A stretch of DNA of 63,834 nt, counting the filler, from Hyphochytrium catenoides (lineage: Eukaryota > Protista > Hyphochytriomycota), in the NCBI GenBank assembly GCA_900088475.1. It is 12 parts of 12 records of this genome, joined end to end, with 100 filler letters (N's around TTAATTAATTAA, not from the genome) between each part and the next. Parts side by side here need not be neighbours in the genome. Positions count along the whole stretch, not along the records: positions 7,070 to 15,111 come from FLMG01004464.1; positions 15,212 to 45,397 come from FLMG01003540.1; 10 more parts are not named here. One strand, written 5' to 3'. The notes under the pieces are model-generated. The model searched no databases. It was not told the DNA's origin and saw only the letters and a program-made list of their open reading frames with translations. The translations under genes were made by a program, and so were the position numbers. Below, piece after piece: positions 11,870-31,289 of the stretch. Position 1 is the stretch's first letter; each line of letters starts with the position of its first letter.

Positions 11870-13959
11870 ATTGTTTGATGAGGTCCAACTGAAAAGTGGC
11901 TGGTTTCACTTCAGACGCCTTCAGATGTCTAGCAGTCGGTTAGGTTCCACGCCAGCCACGTGAAGATCGCTGTATAGCTTAGGACTGATAATCCGGAAGA
12001 CTGAGCGCGGTGTCTGGGATCTCTGGCCTTACTATGAATCACAGAGCTCATCGGGAGCCCGGCCCACGGTTATTGCGCTTTCCGCCCAGTCAGTGCCTGC
12101 GCGATACTTTGTAAGTACTATAAGTACCTTGGTACGCGGGAGAGTGGACAAGTAAGTATCAAGAAGGAGTGTAGTACCGTCCAGCAATAGGTCCACAGCC
12201 TCCTAAATTAAGGGTTGGACTTATTCGAGTTCCAGTAAGTACTTCAAATATTTATAACATCCTGGATCTTCAGATATGTCTCTCAAATTAACTGATGGGC
12301 TTCCGGAATCAATAAGTACAAATACAGTACTTAGGGTCATTGGGCCTTTGAGGACCTGGAGAATGAATAATTACAAGAGCAGTGATCACATCATCTGTGA
12401 GATCATCGTCCCATCATCATGCGCGCACTTTCCATTTGTCACTTCAGCTGAAGTTTTGAACCGAGCACCAGGGCGGCGGCACGGCGGCAGCTGAGAGCTA
12501 AAATTGATGGGAGCCAAGGGAGGATAGGCTCGAGCCCAAGAGTCAGCGAGTAACACAGAGACATACGCTAAGGAAGAGGTGTTAGGGCCGAAAGGCGGGT
12601 GATGTTCTTTTATAGACCATCATCTGAAATAGAGGAGGTATTGTCCACGATAGCGTATCCATCATGAGGATAGCGAAGATCTCAACGCCATCATGACAGA
12701 AGGAAGGGGTAGCAGTAGTTACTGCTCGGAAAGAAGGTACTGAATAGAATCAACGGGCCAATATTGGAGGATGCAAGCAGTGTAACTGAGCTGACGGCAA
12801 TGATAATAATAATGATCAACACAGTGGCAGGCCAGGCATTAAAATTCTGTGCGCACCCTCCCTGCTACACATTATGGCGTTCAGATGTTGTTCCGTAGGG
12901 CTCGTGTGATGCGGTCATTCCATCCGGTAAAGGCCATTCTCCGTTCAAGCCAAGGGAGCCATATTCTCAATCTTGTGCCCGTCTTTAGGCCCTTTTTGTC
13001 GCACTTCCAACGCTGCTTCGTCCACAATCCCTATGATTCAACTTCTTTGTAAGCGCTTTCAGCCGAAGGCACAAAAGAAGCTCCTCATCTCTATTCATCC
13101 AGAAGTTCTAGTCGCCAAATGCCACGCGTCACACTTAGGTTCCCATTATTCCTGCTGTCAACGATGGACGACCGCCTTGTGGGCTCGATATCACTAATAT
13201 TGACGTTGTTTCACTAATGTAGAAGATCTGTCCACGAGGCAGCACGGAGGTGATTGGGATGGTAAAGGAAAGCTCCCCAGGGCCCGTAAGAACGAACTAA
13301 CAACAACAATTAAAGTAAGCAATGGAGGAACAACAGCGTCAACATGAAGGAGCCGCGCTGTGTCGGAAGCGCAAGCTTTCATTTGATGATGGACGCTTCT
13401 TAACTGTTCTGAATAATAGACACCAAACGGCTGTTGGGCAAGGAAACACCTCGTTCAGAGGCAGGGAGTCAGGACATCCCAGTCCCACTCTAGCTGAGTT
13501 TCTTGCTGCCTGCGTCGTATAGAAAAGCCGGCAGCGACCGGTTTTGCTACTTATGGGGAACACCTCTTCTGACGTGCTTGACATGGGCCTCGAGACAACC
13601 TGCTTCCTGCTGGAGAAAGGCAATGCTGTTCCCTACTATAGAAGTAGCAAAAAGCAAGAACCTTGATCCCTGTCATTATCTAGCTAGCGCTCTTTCCTTC
13701 TTACTTCCGCTGTTGTCTCTCTTCTTGACGATGATTGTTGTCTGCCGCATTTCCCTTCGCTCGAATCAACAAGAAGATTACTGCAACGGAGGAGATGAGC
13801 TATTTCGGGGTACGAGAGAGGCGATCTCTAGAGCAACCAAAGCCTGATTGAGAAGAGAGAGTGCCAGAAGATAGACCAGCGGATCTATAAATGGCCAGAA
13901 GAGGGAGCAGCACCAGACCACCAAAGGAGAGATTGTGGTGTGTGGAGCCTTGTGAGAGT

Positions 13960-14680
13960 GAGGAGAGAGAGAGAGTGAGGAGAGAGAGAGAGAGAGAGAG
14001 AGAGANNNNNNNNNNNNNNNNNNNNNNNNNNNNNNNNNNNNNNNNNNNNNNNNNAGAGAGAGAGAGAGAGGAAGAGAGAGAGAGAGAGGAAGAGAGAGGA
14101 GAGAGAGAAAAGAGAAGGGAGTTCCAAGGGGTAGAACTAGGTCTGAGAGAGGTGGATTCTGACAGAAAAGAGTAAATCAGGAAGAGAACGAACCAGACCT
14201 TGTTGACAACATCGCACGCATGTCAGAACCCGCTCATTCAAAGGAAGGACAGAGAGAAGAAGAGAGAGAGACAGAGGGTGTGGTGTGCCTTCCTACAGTA
14301 ATACAGACAACAGCCATAAAGGAAGATGGAGAGAGAAAATGCAAAAGCCAAAGGATGATTGCATTATTTTTGGAAAATCTCGTTCTCTGGGGTAGAACTA
14401 CAGTATACAAAAGGGGGTGGAAGGGTGCGAATGAGAGAGAAAGAGAGACCTAGAGAGCCAGCCAGGAAGTCAGGACAACGGACACAGAGAGGGAAAGAAA
14501 GATACGCAGAACTCACAAGGGAGAGAAAGAGAGAGAGATAGAGGGAGGGAGAAACGAGAGAGAAGCGGGAAGAGAACGGAGGAAAGAGAGAAAGAGGAAA
14601 ACGAAAGAAGAGTGAGAGGAGAAAGAGAGAGAGAGAGATGGAGAGAGAAAGAGAGAGAGGAGAGAGAGAGAGAGAGGCGC
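13960..14680. repeat. (AG)n microsatellite / purine-rich tract with assembly gap
   Basis: Long AGAGAG runs flank an N gap. Confidence 0.85.
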
Positions 14681-15690
14681 GAGAGACCAGCCTTGCTGAA
14701 GTGACTAGCGATGGATCTGTGTGACAGAGGCTGCACAACCTCCATCAGAGGCCAGGAGTACTACTAACACATTCCGGGTTTCTACCTATCACCATCAGTT
14801 CCGGTTCTTGTATTATTATGTAATGTTGGCGTAGCCCCACCCACTCTCTCCCCATTCCCGCCAATAGTATTGACTGAGTCCATTAGGATCGCCAGGCTTA
14901 ATAGGCATGAGAGACCATGGGTAATATATCTCGACCAGACAGGGCGGCCCACCCACCCCCGACGGATAGCAAAGTGCTGTAAAAAGATCCTGCGGCGTAT
15001 TATTACTGTCTCACACACACAGGAGCATTACTACTACCACTATCCCTTCTTATACAGTAGCCTTTGCTGTCATCCACTGCAGGAAACGGCTTGGACGTAT
15101 TACTACGTCACNNNNNNNNNNNNNNNNNNNNNNNNNNNNNNNNNNNNNNNNNNNNTTAATTAATTAANNNNNNNNNNNNNNNNNNNNNNNNNNNNNNNNN
15201 NNNNNNNNNNNTTTGGAGACCTTGTCTACACGGCTCTGAAAACAAACTTCCATAGTCGCCCAAGCATGCGCGCACGTATCTTAGAACAGATGACCGGCAC
15301 CCCTTCAGGTCCGGTAAGGACAGAGACAGTTACACGGTTAATGGACTTCAGCTGCTCGGGTTGTGGGAGAGAGTCCATTACGCCAATGAACTGGAAAACA
15401 GTTAACTTCAACTGGGTTTATTAGATGAGAGACGCTAGTCACAGCGCCATCACAGAATGTATTAGGACAGTTTAATCGCGCCTCCGCATAATGTTAACAA
15501 AGAACAATGAGGATTTGCAAAACCCTCTTGATGCGTAAAGTGTGTCCTGCACTGGAAGAAGAACCACGGAAATGAATTCTAGAAGTATAAACTAACAATG
15601 CGGCGTCAGAGCCATTGTAATAGTGCGCTAGCAAGAAAAGCCCTGGACGTCATTTCTTTGGGGTCACCAAATCCTTACTCCTAGGAGAAG

Positions 15691-23482
<7,792 letters not shown>

Positions 23483-24094
23483 CCTGGACAAAACCCTAAT
23501 GCGATAGCTAAGGTGAATCTTCCCCTTAGGGAACCTCTCCGGGGTAGGCTCCTGTCCTATCTCGTGCACCTCGGCCGCTCTCTAGGTCTCCGCACTCATC
23601 TCCCTCTGGGTCAGGAACTATGGGAACCTCTGTGCATCAGCAAGCTTACTGAAGATCACCCGCTCAGGCTTCAGCCAGATGGAAGCACAAGTGAAGACTG
23701 AGAGGCAACATCAGTGCCAGCTTCCAATCCCATCATCAACTCTGGACAAGATCACGTCAGAACCCTGCTCTCTAAATTGTTGTGTGACAATATTCCTGAC
23801 AGCACATGAGACTATCACGAATTATACTCATTTAGGCAATAATTATTTATAATAACAATGATGGGGGAGCCAAATAAATGAAGTTTGATTGTGCCGCTGC
23901 TTCCGTTGGCAACAAGCCAAACACAAGCCAGAAGGGAGAGACAGGACACAGATCAAGAGATGAAGGTGCAGGCAGGACATGCAGCTAGAGACCCACGGGG
24001 CCCCAAGGGGAACGGCCAGCAGGACGCTGGAGGAAGGAGAGACCACCCCCAATGAGATGATATAGAAGAGTAGCTAGTCTAAGCGGATGTGAGC

Positions 24095-27000
24095 TCACAT
24101 CCCGTCAACAGAACCAAAGTCAAGAAGTGCATCCGATGATCTGACACCAAGTTCGTCCGCAAGGGAGTCGGGAAAGACACCGTCATCACCGCCGAAAGCC
24201 AATCCGGAGTCGTAGTCCACAGCTAGTGCCAGCATGTCTTCCACTGACTCGCCTTCCCATTCCAAATCACCGTCCCGCGTCTGAATGTTCAGCTCTATCT
24301 CGTCTAATAAGTTCAAACTCGGCGCGTCCTTAGATTCCTGTTGAGTCTTCGGGGTGTCCTTTTTTCCTGCAGGAGCTGAGCTTGCAGCTGCTGACGCCGA
24401 CGAAGAGTTTGAACCTGATGCTGATGAGGAAGCTTTAGCTGAAGCCTTAGCTGCTGAAACTGAGGCAGCCTGCGACTTTGGCGTCGCTTTCTCCTGCTTC
24501 TTACTGGTGGCGGTAGCTTTAGGCGTGGTCTTGGCGGATTGACTAGCCTTCTTAGAACCTCCAGATGCCTGCTTAGCTACTTTTGTAGCAGCAGCTGACT
24601 TCGCTGGTGTCGCCTTCGCTGGTGTCGCCTTCTTGCCAGTCTTTGAAGAAACAGCAGCTGGAGGCTTAGCTGAAGTAGCGGTGGACTTCGAGGTAGACTT
24701 CTGAGTTACAGCTGTCACTTTCTGAGAAGAGTTTACCCGCTGCAACTGCCCCGAGCCCTTCTGCTGCTGTGAACCTCTTTGCTGAGCTGGCGTAGATTTG
24801 GAGGGTTGTTTGGTGCTCGTCGATCCCTTTGCTATTCCCTGCTTATTCCCAGGCGTTGCTTTGCCAGTTGGCGTCTCTGCTGTGGACTTGCTTCCTGAGT
24901 TTCTATCCTCCGTCTTCAGTCTATTGTCCATCTGCTTGGTCGAGGGTGCAGGCTTGTGATTCCGCACCGGTTCCTGCGCACCTGTGAGTGGGTTCGTCTT
25001 GACTGCAGGCTTACTATCAGGCGCAGCCATGGGCCGATGTAGCGGACTCTGTTGTCTCTGCTTCTGTAGTTGCTGCTGCTGTGCCTTCACCTGCTGCTGC
25101 GCCTTCTGCTGTTGCTGCTGTTGAGCGACCGCCAGCCGCTGTGCAGCTTCTTGTTGCTGCTGCTGTTGCTGTTCACCCAGTTTCTGCTGCTGTGCAGCCT
25201 TCTGCTGGTTCAGCTGTTGCTGAGCTTGCTTTATCTGCTGTTGATTGATCNNNNNNNNNNNNNNNNNNNNNNNNNNNNNNNNNNNNNNNNNNNNNNNNNN
25301 NNNNNNNNNNNNNCGCGAGGTGTTGAGCCATCTGTTGCTGGTTAAGCTTCTGCTGCGCCGCCTGCTGCTGATTTATCTTCTGCTGCTGTTGCGCCATCTG
25401 TGAGGCCAATGCGTTCTGCATCGCGGCAGCTCCTCCCATCCCTTGCGTTCCCACTCCCGCCTGGACACCAGTTCTTTGAAATAGCTCGTACTGACGCGCA
25501 CGCTGGCAGACTATGCAGGCTGGATTTTGGCACTGACTATAGTGAACAATGACGTACCGACTGCTGAGACAGTGGGTGAACTCGCACTTGGGGTCGTGGC
25601 AGACAGAGATGTGGGCCCACAGAGATTTAAGAGCTCCACAGTGGTTAAAGGAGGAGCATTGACCTTCCGGCGCAGTACAGCTACGAGCATGGATAAGCGC
25701 CAAGAGCCGCTGCTGTTGACGTTGTAGTCCCTCGTTCTGTTGCTGTGCCTGAGCGGGAGTCATACGTTGCCCACCCAAACCAGCTGCTTGGGACTGTTGA
25801 GCGCTTCCAATAGAGTTCCTACGTTCCAGCATCTGTTGTGCGCTGGCGACAGCTGCATTTTGAGCTGCCATAGCCGCTGAGGCCATTGGAAAGCCCGCGA
25901 GAGACACCTGGGGCTGTGTGGGTTGTCCAGACAACGCCATCGGCAGGGACGCACCAGGTAGTCCAGGCTGCGGTTGCGTTAGTGTTGCCTGTAGCAACTG
26001 ATTTGGGTTAGAGCCCAGGCTCTGCGAGAGCGCCAGCGCAGGATTGCCTGCCTCCACCAGCGATAAATACTTCTCTTTCATCTTCAAAATTAGTGGTAGG
26101 AAATTCTCTTTGATGTAGGTATTGCACTTGTTCAGGTACTCCACAGACCGCGGCTGGTGCGTGCCTGGATGCTCCTGAAGCAAGTTGATCATCCCTATCA
26201 AGTTCTGCAAGAGTGCCTGGACCTTCGCTGCCTTCACAGGATCATCACCCACGCGCCCTAAAGAGATAATCGGCCATTGAGGACAGAGGAGTTAGAGCGT
26301 TATCTTACCAAGCCCTTCAAATGCAGAATTGGCTCCTCCAATTAATGCCTAGATAATCCCTGAGGCGCACTTGGCTACTAACCTGACACTCTTTGAAACT
26401 CATTCAGCATGAACTGAAGATTGTGCAAGTAAAGCTGCTTGAGCTTGAATAGAGTATTCCAGTACAGATTCGTCATCTCCTGTGGATTGCCCACCAGGTG
26501 CTGCTGCTGCTGCAAAGCACGTGACATTGGGGTCCCAGGCGCTACTAACCCAGCCTGGCCCATCAGATTTGCTTGCTGTTGCTGAAATAGTTTTAGCTGA
26601 AGTTGCTGTTGCGGGGTCATACCAGAAGTGTTCATTGGGATGCTTGGTCGACCGGCGCCCGCCGGTGATTGAGAGTTTGGAGTGCCGGGTACAGATGCTG
26701 CATTTCTGTCTCGCTTCTGTCCAACGGACGCGTTATTGCTGAACCCAGCCGATGCGGCATCTCGCTCCTGCAGCTTCCGGTTCTCTTCTCTCTTGACAGC
26801 CTGCGCCTGCTGCATGCTAGCTACAGCCTGACTGTTGGACTGTGTGCTTGACGGAGCCTGTGACGTACTGGTGTTTGCTCCTGGAGTGGCATTTCCTGTG
26901 GTCTGCCCTGTGGACCCTTGTGCCGGGCGTGCCGCCAAATCATCCAGCTTCTTCCTTAATCGAGCCTCATATTCCATAGACTTCGTGCATTCTAGGTAAA

Positions 27001-27208
27001 GACGATGCTCAAAGTTGGCAGCAGCGCCCCACACTTTGTTCCTGTCGGGTTCCCCTGACACCCTGCAGAGTTGATCATAGAGCAGCCGAACGAGGTTCTC
27101 GCGCACCTCACTAGTGTACTGATCTCGCCAATCGGAACCATTCCCGCCACTAGAAGCGTTGTTCGAGCCCAGGTTACTGAGATCGATCTTATCGCCCACA
27201 GCCGTCAT
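24095..27208 (-). CDS. MED15: Mediator subunit 15-like coactivator with KIX domain, Q-rich regions, TAZ zinc finger and acidic tail
   Basis: KIX_2-type N-terminus (DWRDQYTSEVRENLVRLL...AANFEHRLY...EYEARLRKKL). Med15 middle helical domain (YWNTLFKLKQLYL...YLNKCNTYI). TAZ finger (LLALIHARSC...C...HCGALKSLWAHISVC..PKC.FTHCLSSRYVIVHYSQC..PACIVC). One intron near 26260-26385 and an N gap in the CAG tract. Confidence 0.7.
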
Positions 27209-28987
27209 GGGGGCGAACTGTGTCAGCAAGCTGACAGGAGGTCCGTGCAAGACAGTTCCACGCGCGCCAGGTTCTTAAGCCAAGGAGAGGTCCCAATGGT
27301 GTACACAAACACTGCTAGAGTAGAAACTCGACAGAAACGGGGTGAGAAAAACCTGTAGCGAGAAGGTTAGTTCATGGCTGGCAGCAGGTACAGTAGTAAC
27401 TGGAGGCGATGGCTTACTTGGCAAGGAGCCTTGGGTTAGCTTGTCTTCACACCTCTTTTCCGCCCATAGAAAACGGTTGATTCGGAAAAGTTCTTAGCGT
27501 GGAGAGTAAGGAGAAGTGATGAAGCTCCCACAGCTGTTCGTTGGGAACAAAGAATGGGGTCGGGAACTCACAGGTTGTGAAGATGCGCGTCGGCGTTATC
27601 GCACCGAGCCGGTAAGATTGAAGAATTGACTTGAAAGAGAGGCCCCAACTCTCAACACGGTAGGCGCAACAGACCTCCGAGACAACGCCCCCGCCTCTGT
27701 CTGTATGTCCAGTCACTCACCTCGTCTTTAATGGAGACGGCACCACCTGAAGAGCTCTGGCAGAGATTGAGAGCTCACTACGCTTGACCCCAACGGTTCC
27801 CAGGCATTGCGGAGAGGGAACTCGCGCGATGTCTGAAGAAAGGAGGAAGTGGCTTTCTCCCTCACTGTCTCCCACTCTCTCTCTCCGCTCTCTGTCTCTG
27901 CTGTCTCTCCTTCAGCCCGAAAAAGTGCGTAGCGGGGCTTCACCGCGCGCTCTGATGAAGTTAAAGCGGAGGCGCTGCCTTGGTCCGGCCTACACACCCT
28001 ATAGCCCTGTTAGCCCCAGGTCCGCGAAGGTATTCCCTTTCACGAACCCCCCTAGGACATTGCTAGCACTACAAGTTGGGGGCGGCCTTACCTGGGGTAT
28101 GAGAGGGTGGTCCCTCCATCTAGACTCAGAATTTTTGCAGGTGTCGAGAAACAAATGTGACACAGCTATTCGAAACGGCAGTGGTAATACGTTGCAAGTG
28201 TTTCTCTCTAGAGTTTAACAGGTAGGCGTCACAATAGTGCTCCCAGCCTTTCGAATGCTGAAGCTTTATTACTACTGCCGACCTCTATAGGGTTAGTCTG
28301 TCTTACAGCCGTGCTCGGGAGACATATTAGTTCCAAGGGTGTGTTTGGGCCAGTTCGCTAACAAAGCTTGCTAAGGCTTGTTCAGGGGAAAAAAGAATGG
28401 GAAAGATTCATTAGGGCGAGTCTGGGTGGGATGGCTACCTGTCTGGGAGCTGGCTCTAATCCTGCTAACACCATGCTTGCAGACCTCAAAAGCCTGACAG
28501 CTTACACACCCATCCTCTCAACTGTATGTTGTGGCTATAGCTTGGCGGCCACGCCTCCAACTAAAGGTGTTTTACTATATTGCCTACACCCACCTGGCTG
28601 CGAGGAAATGGCCGTGAATGTAGTCCTCAAAAACCAAGTTAGGATTGATTTTTATGGAGGAAAGAATCAGTTCTTATAGTGATCATTGCAATAAACCTTT
28701 GATTATCCTTTCTTGAAAGTGCGAAATAGGAAATAGGTTTCCCGCTTTTCCCTCCCTCAAAGGCTTGAAGGTGCGTGGGGCCTGGGTCAAGAACGGCGAA
28801 CCAGCGCCGCCGCCGTCGCCATGTCAAGCCGCGCCACGACCGAGGCTGATGAAGGGAGATTGATGCCATTCTCAGAGGCTTCATCATAGGTGCATGGCCC
28901 CTATCCAACCGCTTTTTCAAAGTATTGCAGATAGTGTTCTCAAGAGGAAGAGTCTGACCCTGCGAGTGCTAGAGACCGGAAGTGGTC

Positions 28988-31145
28988 ATGGATCTCCAGC
29001 CAAACTCGACCCTCAGGCATTGGAAGATTGATAAGAAGATCGGCGATGGTGCCTGCGGCCAAGTCTATTTAGGTATGTGCTTGCCGCGCAGTGGTCCTCC
29101 TCCGCTACTAGCTAAACCCACTCGAGCAGCTCATGATTCCAGAAGCCCGTCCTCCCAAGCGGTGGCTCTAAAAGTCGCTAAAGTCCCTCCTGTTGATCGT
29201 GATGCCATTAAAAAGAAGAAAAAGAAGAGCGACCAGGAAAGGGCTGCGGACACATTGTATGCCGAGCACCTGCTCTATCAGAACGTGCTAAAAGGTCATA
29301 AAGGAATACCTGAGCTCCCACTCGGAGCATTTGGTGATGACAAGGTAGCCAAATGGAAAGCACCTGCACAGCCCGGTTATTCAAACTTCGTTTATCGTCA
29401 CCTTGTCCATTCAGGGTTATCGCTTCTTGGCGATGCAGCTGCTTGGCACAGACCTTGAAAACCTTGTGAAACGTAGAGGCAGGCTCTCTCCTGCGGCTGC
29501 CGCAAAGATAGGACTTCAACTGGTACCATCTTCGCGCGTGCATTTTTAGTCATTCATCATCCTTTTGCTCATGTCTATGAACTGTCCTTGTTGAGTGGAG
29601 GATCCTAACGTACCTTTCGCCCTCTGTAGCTCGACACCTTTGAGTTCCTTCATCAAAAGAAGCTTCTCTTCGTAGACGTCAAGCCGTCGAACTTCATGTT
29701 GGGCTTGGAGGGCACACCTCAAGGCACCCAGGTCAGGTTACCTCAAGAGGATTGGGCAACGGGCAATAACTTCGTCTCAGACTAACGCTTGTCAGTAGGT
29801 TTACTTGGTCGATTTTGGGCTGGCTGAACGATATATCACACACAAAGGAGACCACAAAGAGTTTAAAACCCAGACCATCGTCGGAACTCCTACTTTCTTA
29901 AGTTTGGCGGCTCATTCGTAAGCTGAACTTTCAAACGTTGTGTTCTCTCCGCTCATCCCTCAGCAGCCCCAGTTCTCTTGTTAACCTCGTTTTGATTCTG
30001 CAGGGGGGAAACGCCCAGTCGGAAAGATGACTTGGAGGCTCTCGGGTATACGCTATCCTTTTTTACCTGATCTCGTATTTTGGGGCACTCCACGATCCCC
30101 CTCCCCACACAGCTTTCTGCCTCCTGGCCCTCGACTGAATGCTCATGTCCTTCAGTAACCCTACTTGCCTCGCTACCATTCTCTCCACTCCGTTTCGTTC
30201 TTTTTCCACGGGCACATCTTGGACTGACAGTGTGACCGGTCAATGCTCTATTGCGGCTAGGTATGTGCTCGTTTATCTGATGCGGGGCGACCTTCCATGG
30301 GAAGCAGCTAGGAGTAATGAAGCTGGGCTCAAGATGAAGAAGGAGACTTCATTGGAGGAATTGTGCCGTCATCAGCCAGGTAGGAGATCCACTACTGATT
30401 CTTTTCACCTGTGAAGAGCCGTTCTTACCGTGATGATGTAGAGGAGATGCGAAAGTTCTTGGAAACGGTGCGGGGCTACGCCTTTAAGGATTCTCCTGAT
30501 TATGGTGCTCTTCGCAACTTATTGCTCAAAATGGCAGGAGATGCCAGGCCACTAAAAACAGAGGTATCTGTCTACTTCCAGGTTGAATGGCCTACTCTCA
30601 TACCTTTTTCCGCTACTAGNNNNNNNNNNNNNNNNNNNNNNNNNNNNNNNNNNNNNNNNNNNNNNNCTGGTAAAGACGGCACCCACTGGCCCTCAGGAGC
30701 CAGAGGGTGGGACTGCTCAGGAAGAACCGACAAAGATAGCAGCAGCACCGCAAGGGAGAAAGGCAAAGAAACGAGCAGAGTCAACGAACATCAAAGAGCG
30801 CAAGCAAGCACCGTCGAGACCTATAGGGACCTCTGTCAGCCAAAGCTTTGCTGGCAAGAGGAAGGAGGGAGCCAAGCACGACGCATCTTCTGCCGCCACA
30901 GACTTAACGCCGAACTCAAGAAGAAGGAGAGTGTCCGCTTTAGCGGCGGAGGCAAAGATTGCTGCACAAATGGCTCACAAGTACGCAGCCATTGCTGAAG
31001 CCTCGGCGTTTAGCCCTCCAGGTAATCTCGCAATCTATTTCACTTACTGCGCTTATTTTGCTAGTCTGAGCTTAACGTCAACACGGGCTCTTTTCTCGTG
31101 CTTGTAGAGAGGACGCGGGGGCGAAGGGAAACCAAACCTAGCTAG
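28988..31145 (+). CDS. Casein kinase 1/VRK-group Ser/Thr kinase with basic disordered tail
   Basis: Kinase motifs are IGDGACGQVY, VALK, LFVDVKPSNFMLG, YLVDFGLA, GTPTFLS and [23 protein letters not shown] (SRxDD and LPW are CK1 hallmarks). Confidence 0.9.
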
Positions 31146-31289
31146 CAAATGCACCGGAGGCCCGTTTCTCATCACTATTTCCGCAGCTCACCCTTCTGAA
31201 AACGATATATTTTTTACCCTCGGCATGGCGCTGCCTGCGTGTTACGCCTACTCCCCATTCTGTATGATCTTGCATAATAAACACATCTT

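Noticed and set aside
12886-13950. Possible gene with a mitochondrial-like presequence divergent from the ferredoxin
   Set aside because: I could not build a stop-free exon chain or recognise a domain. It may be a decayed gene.
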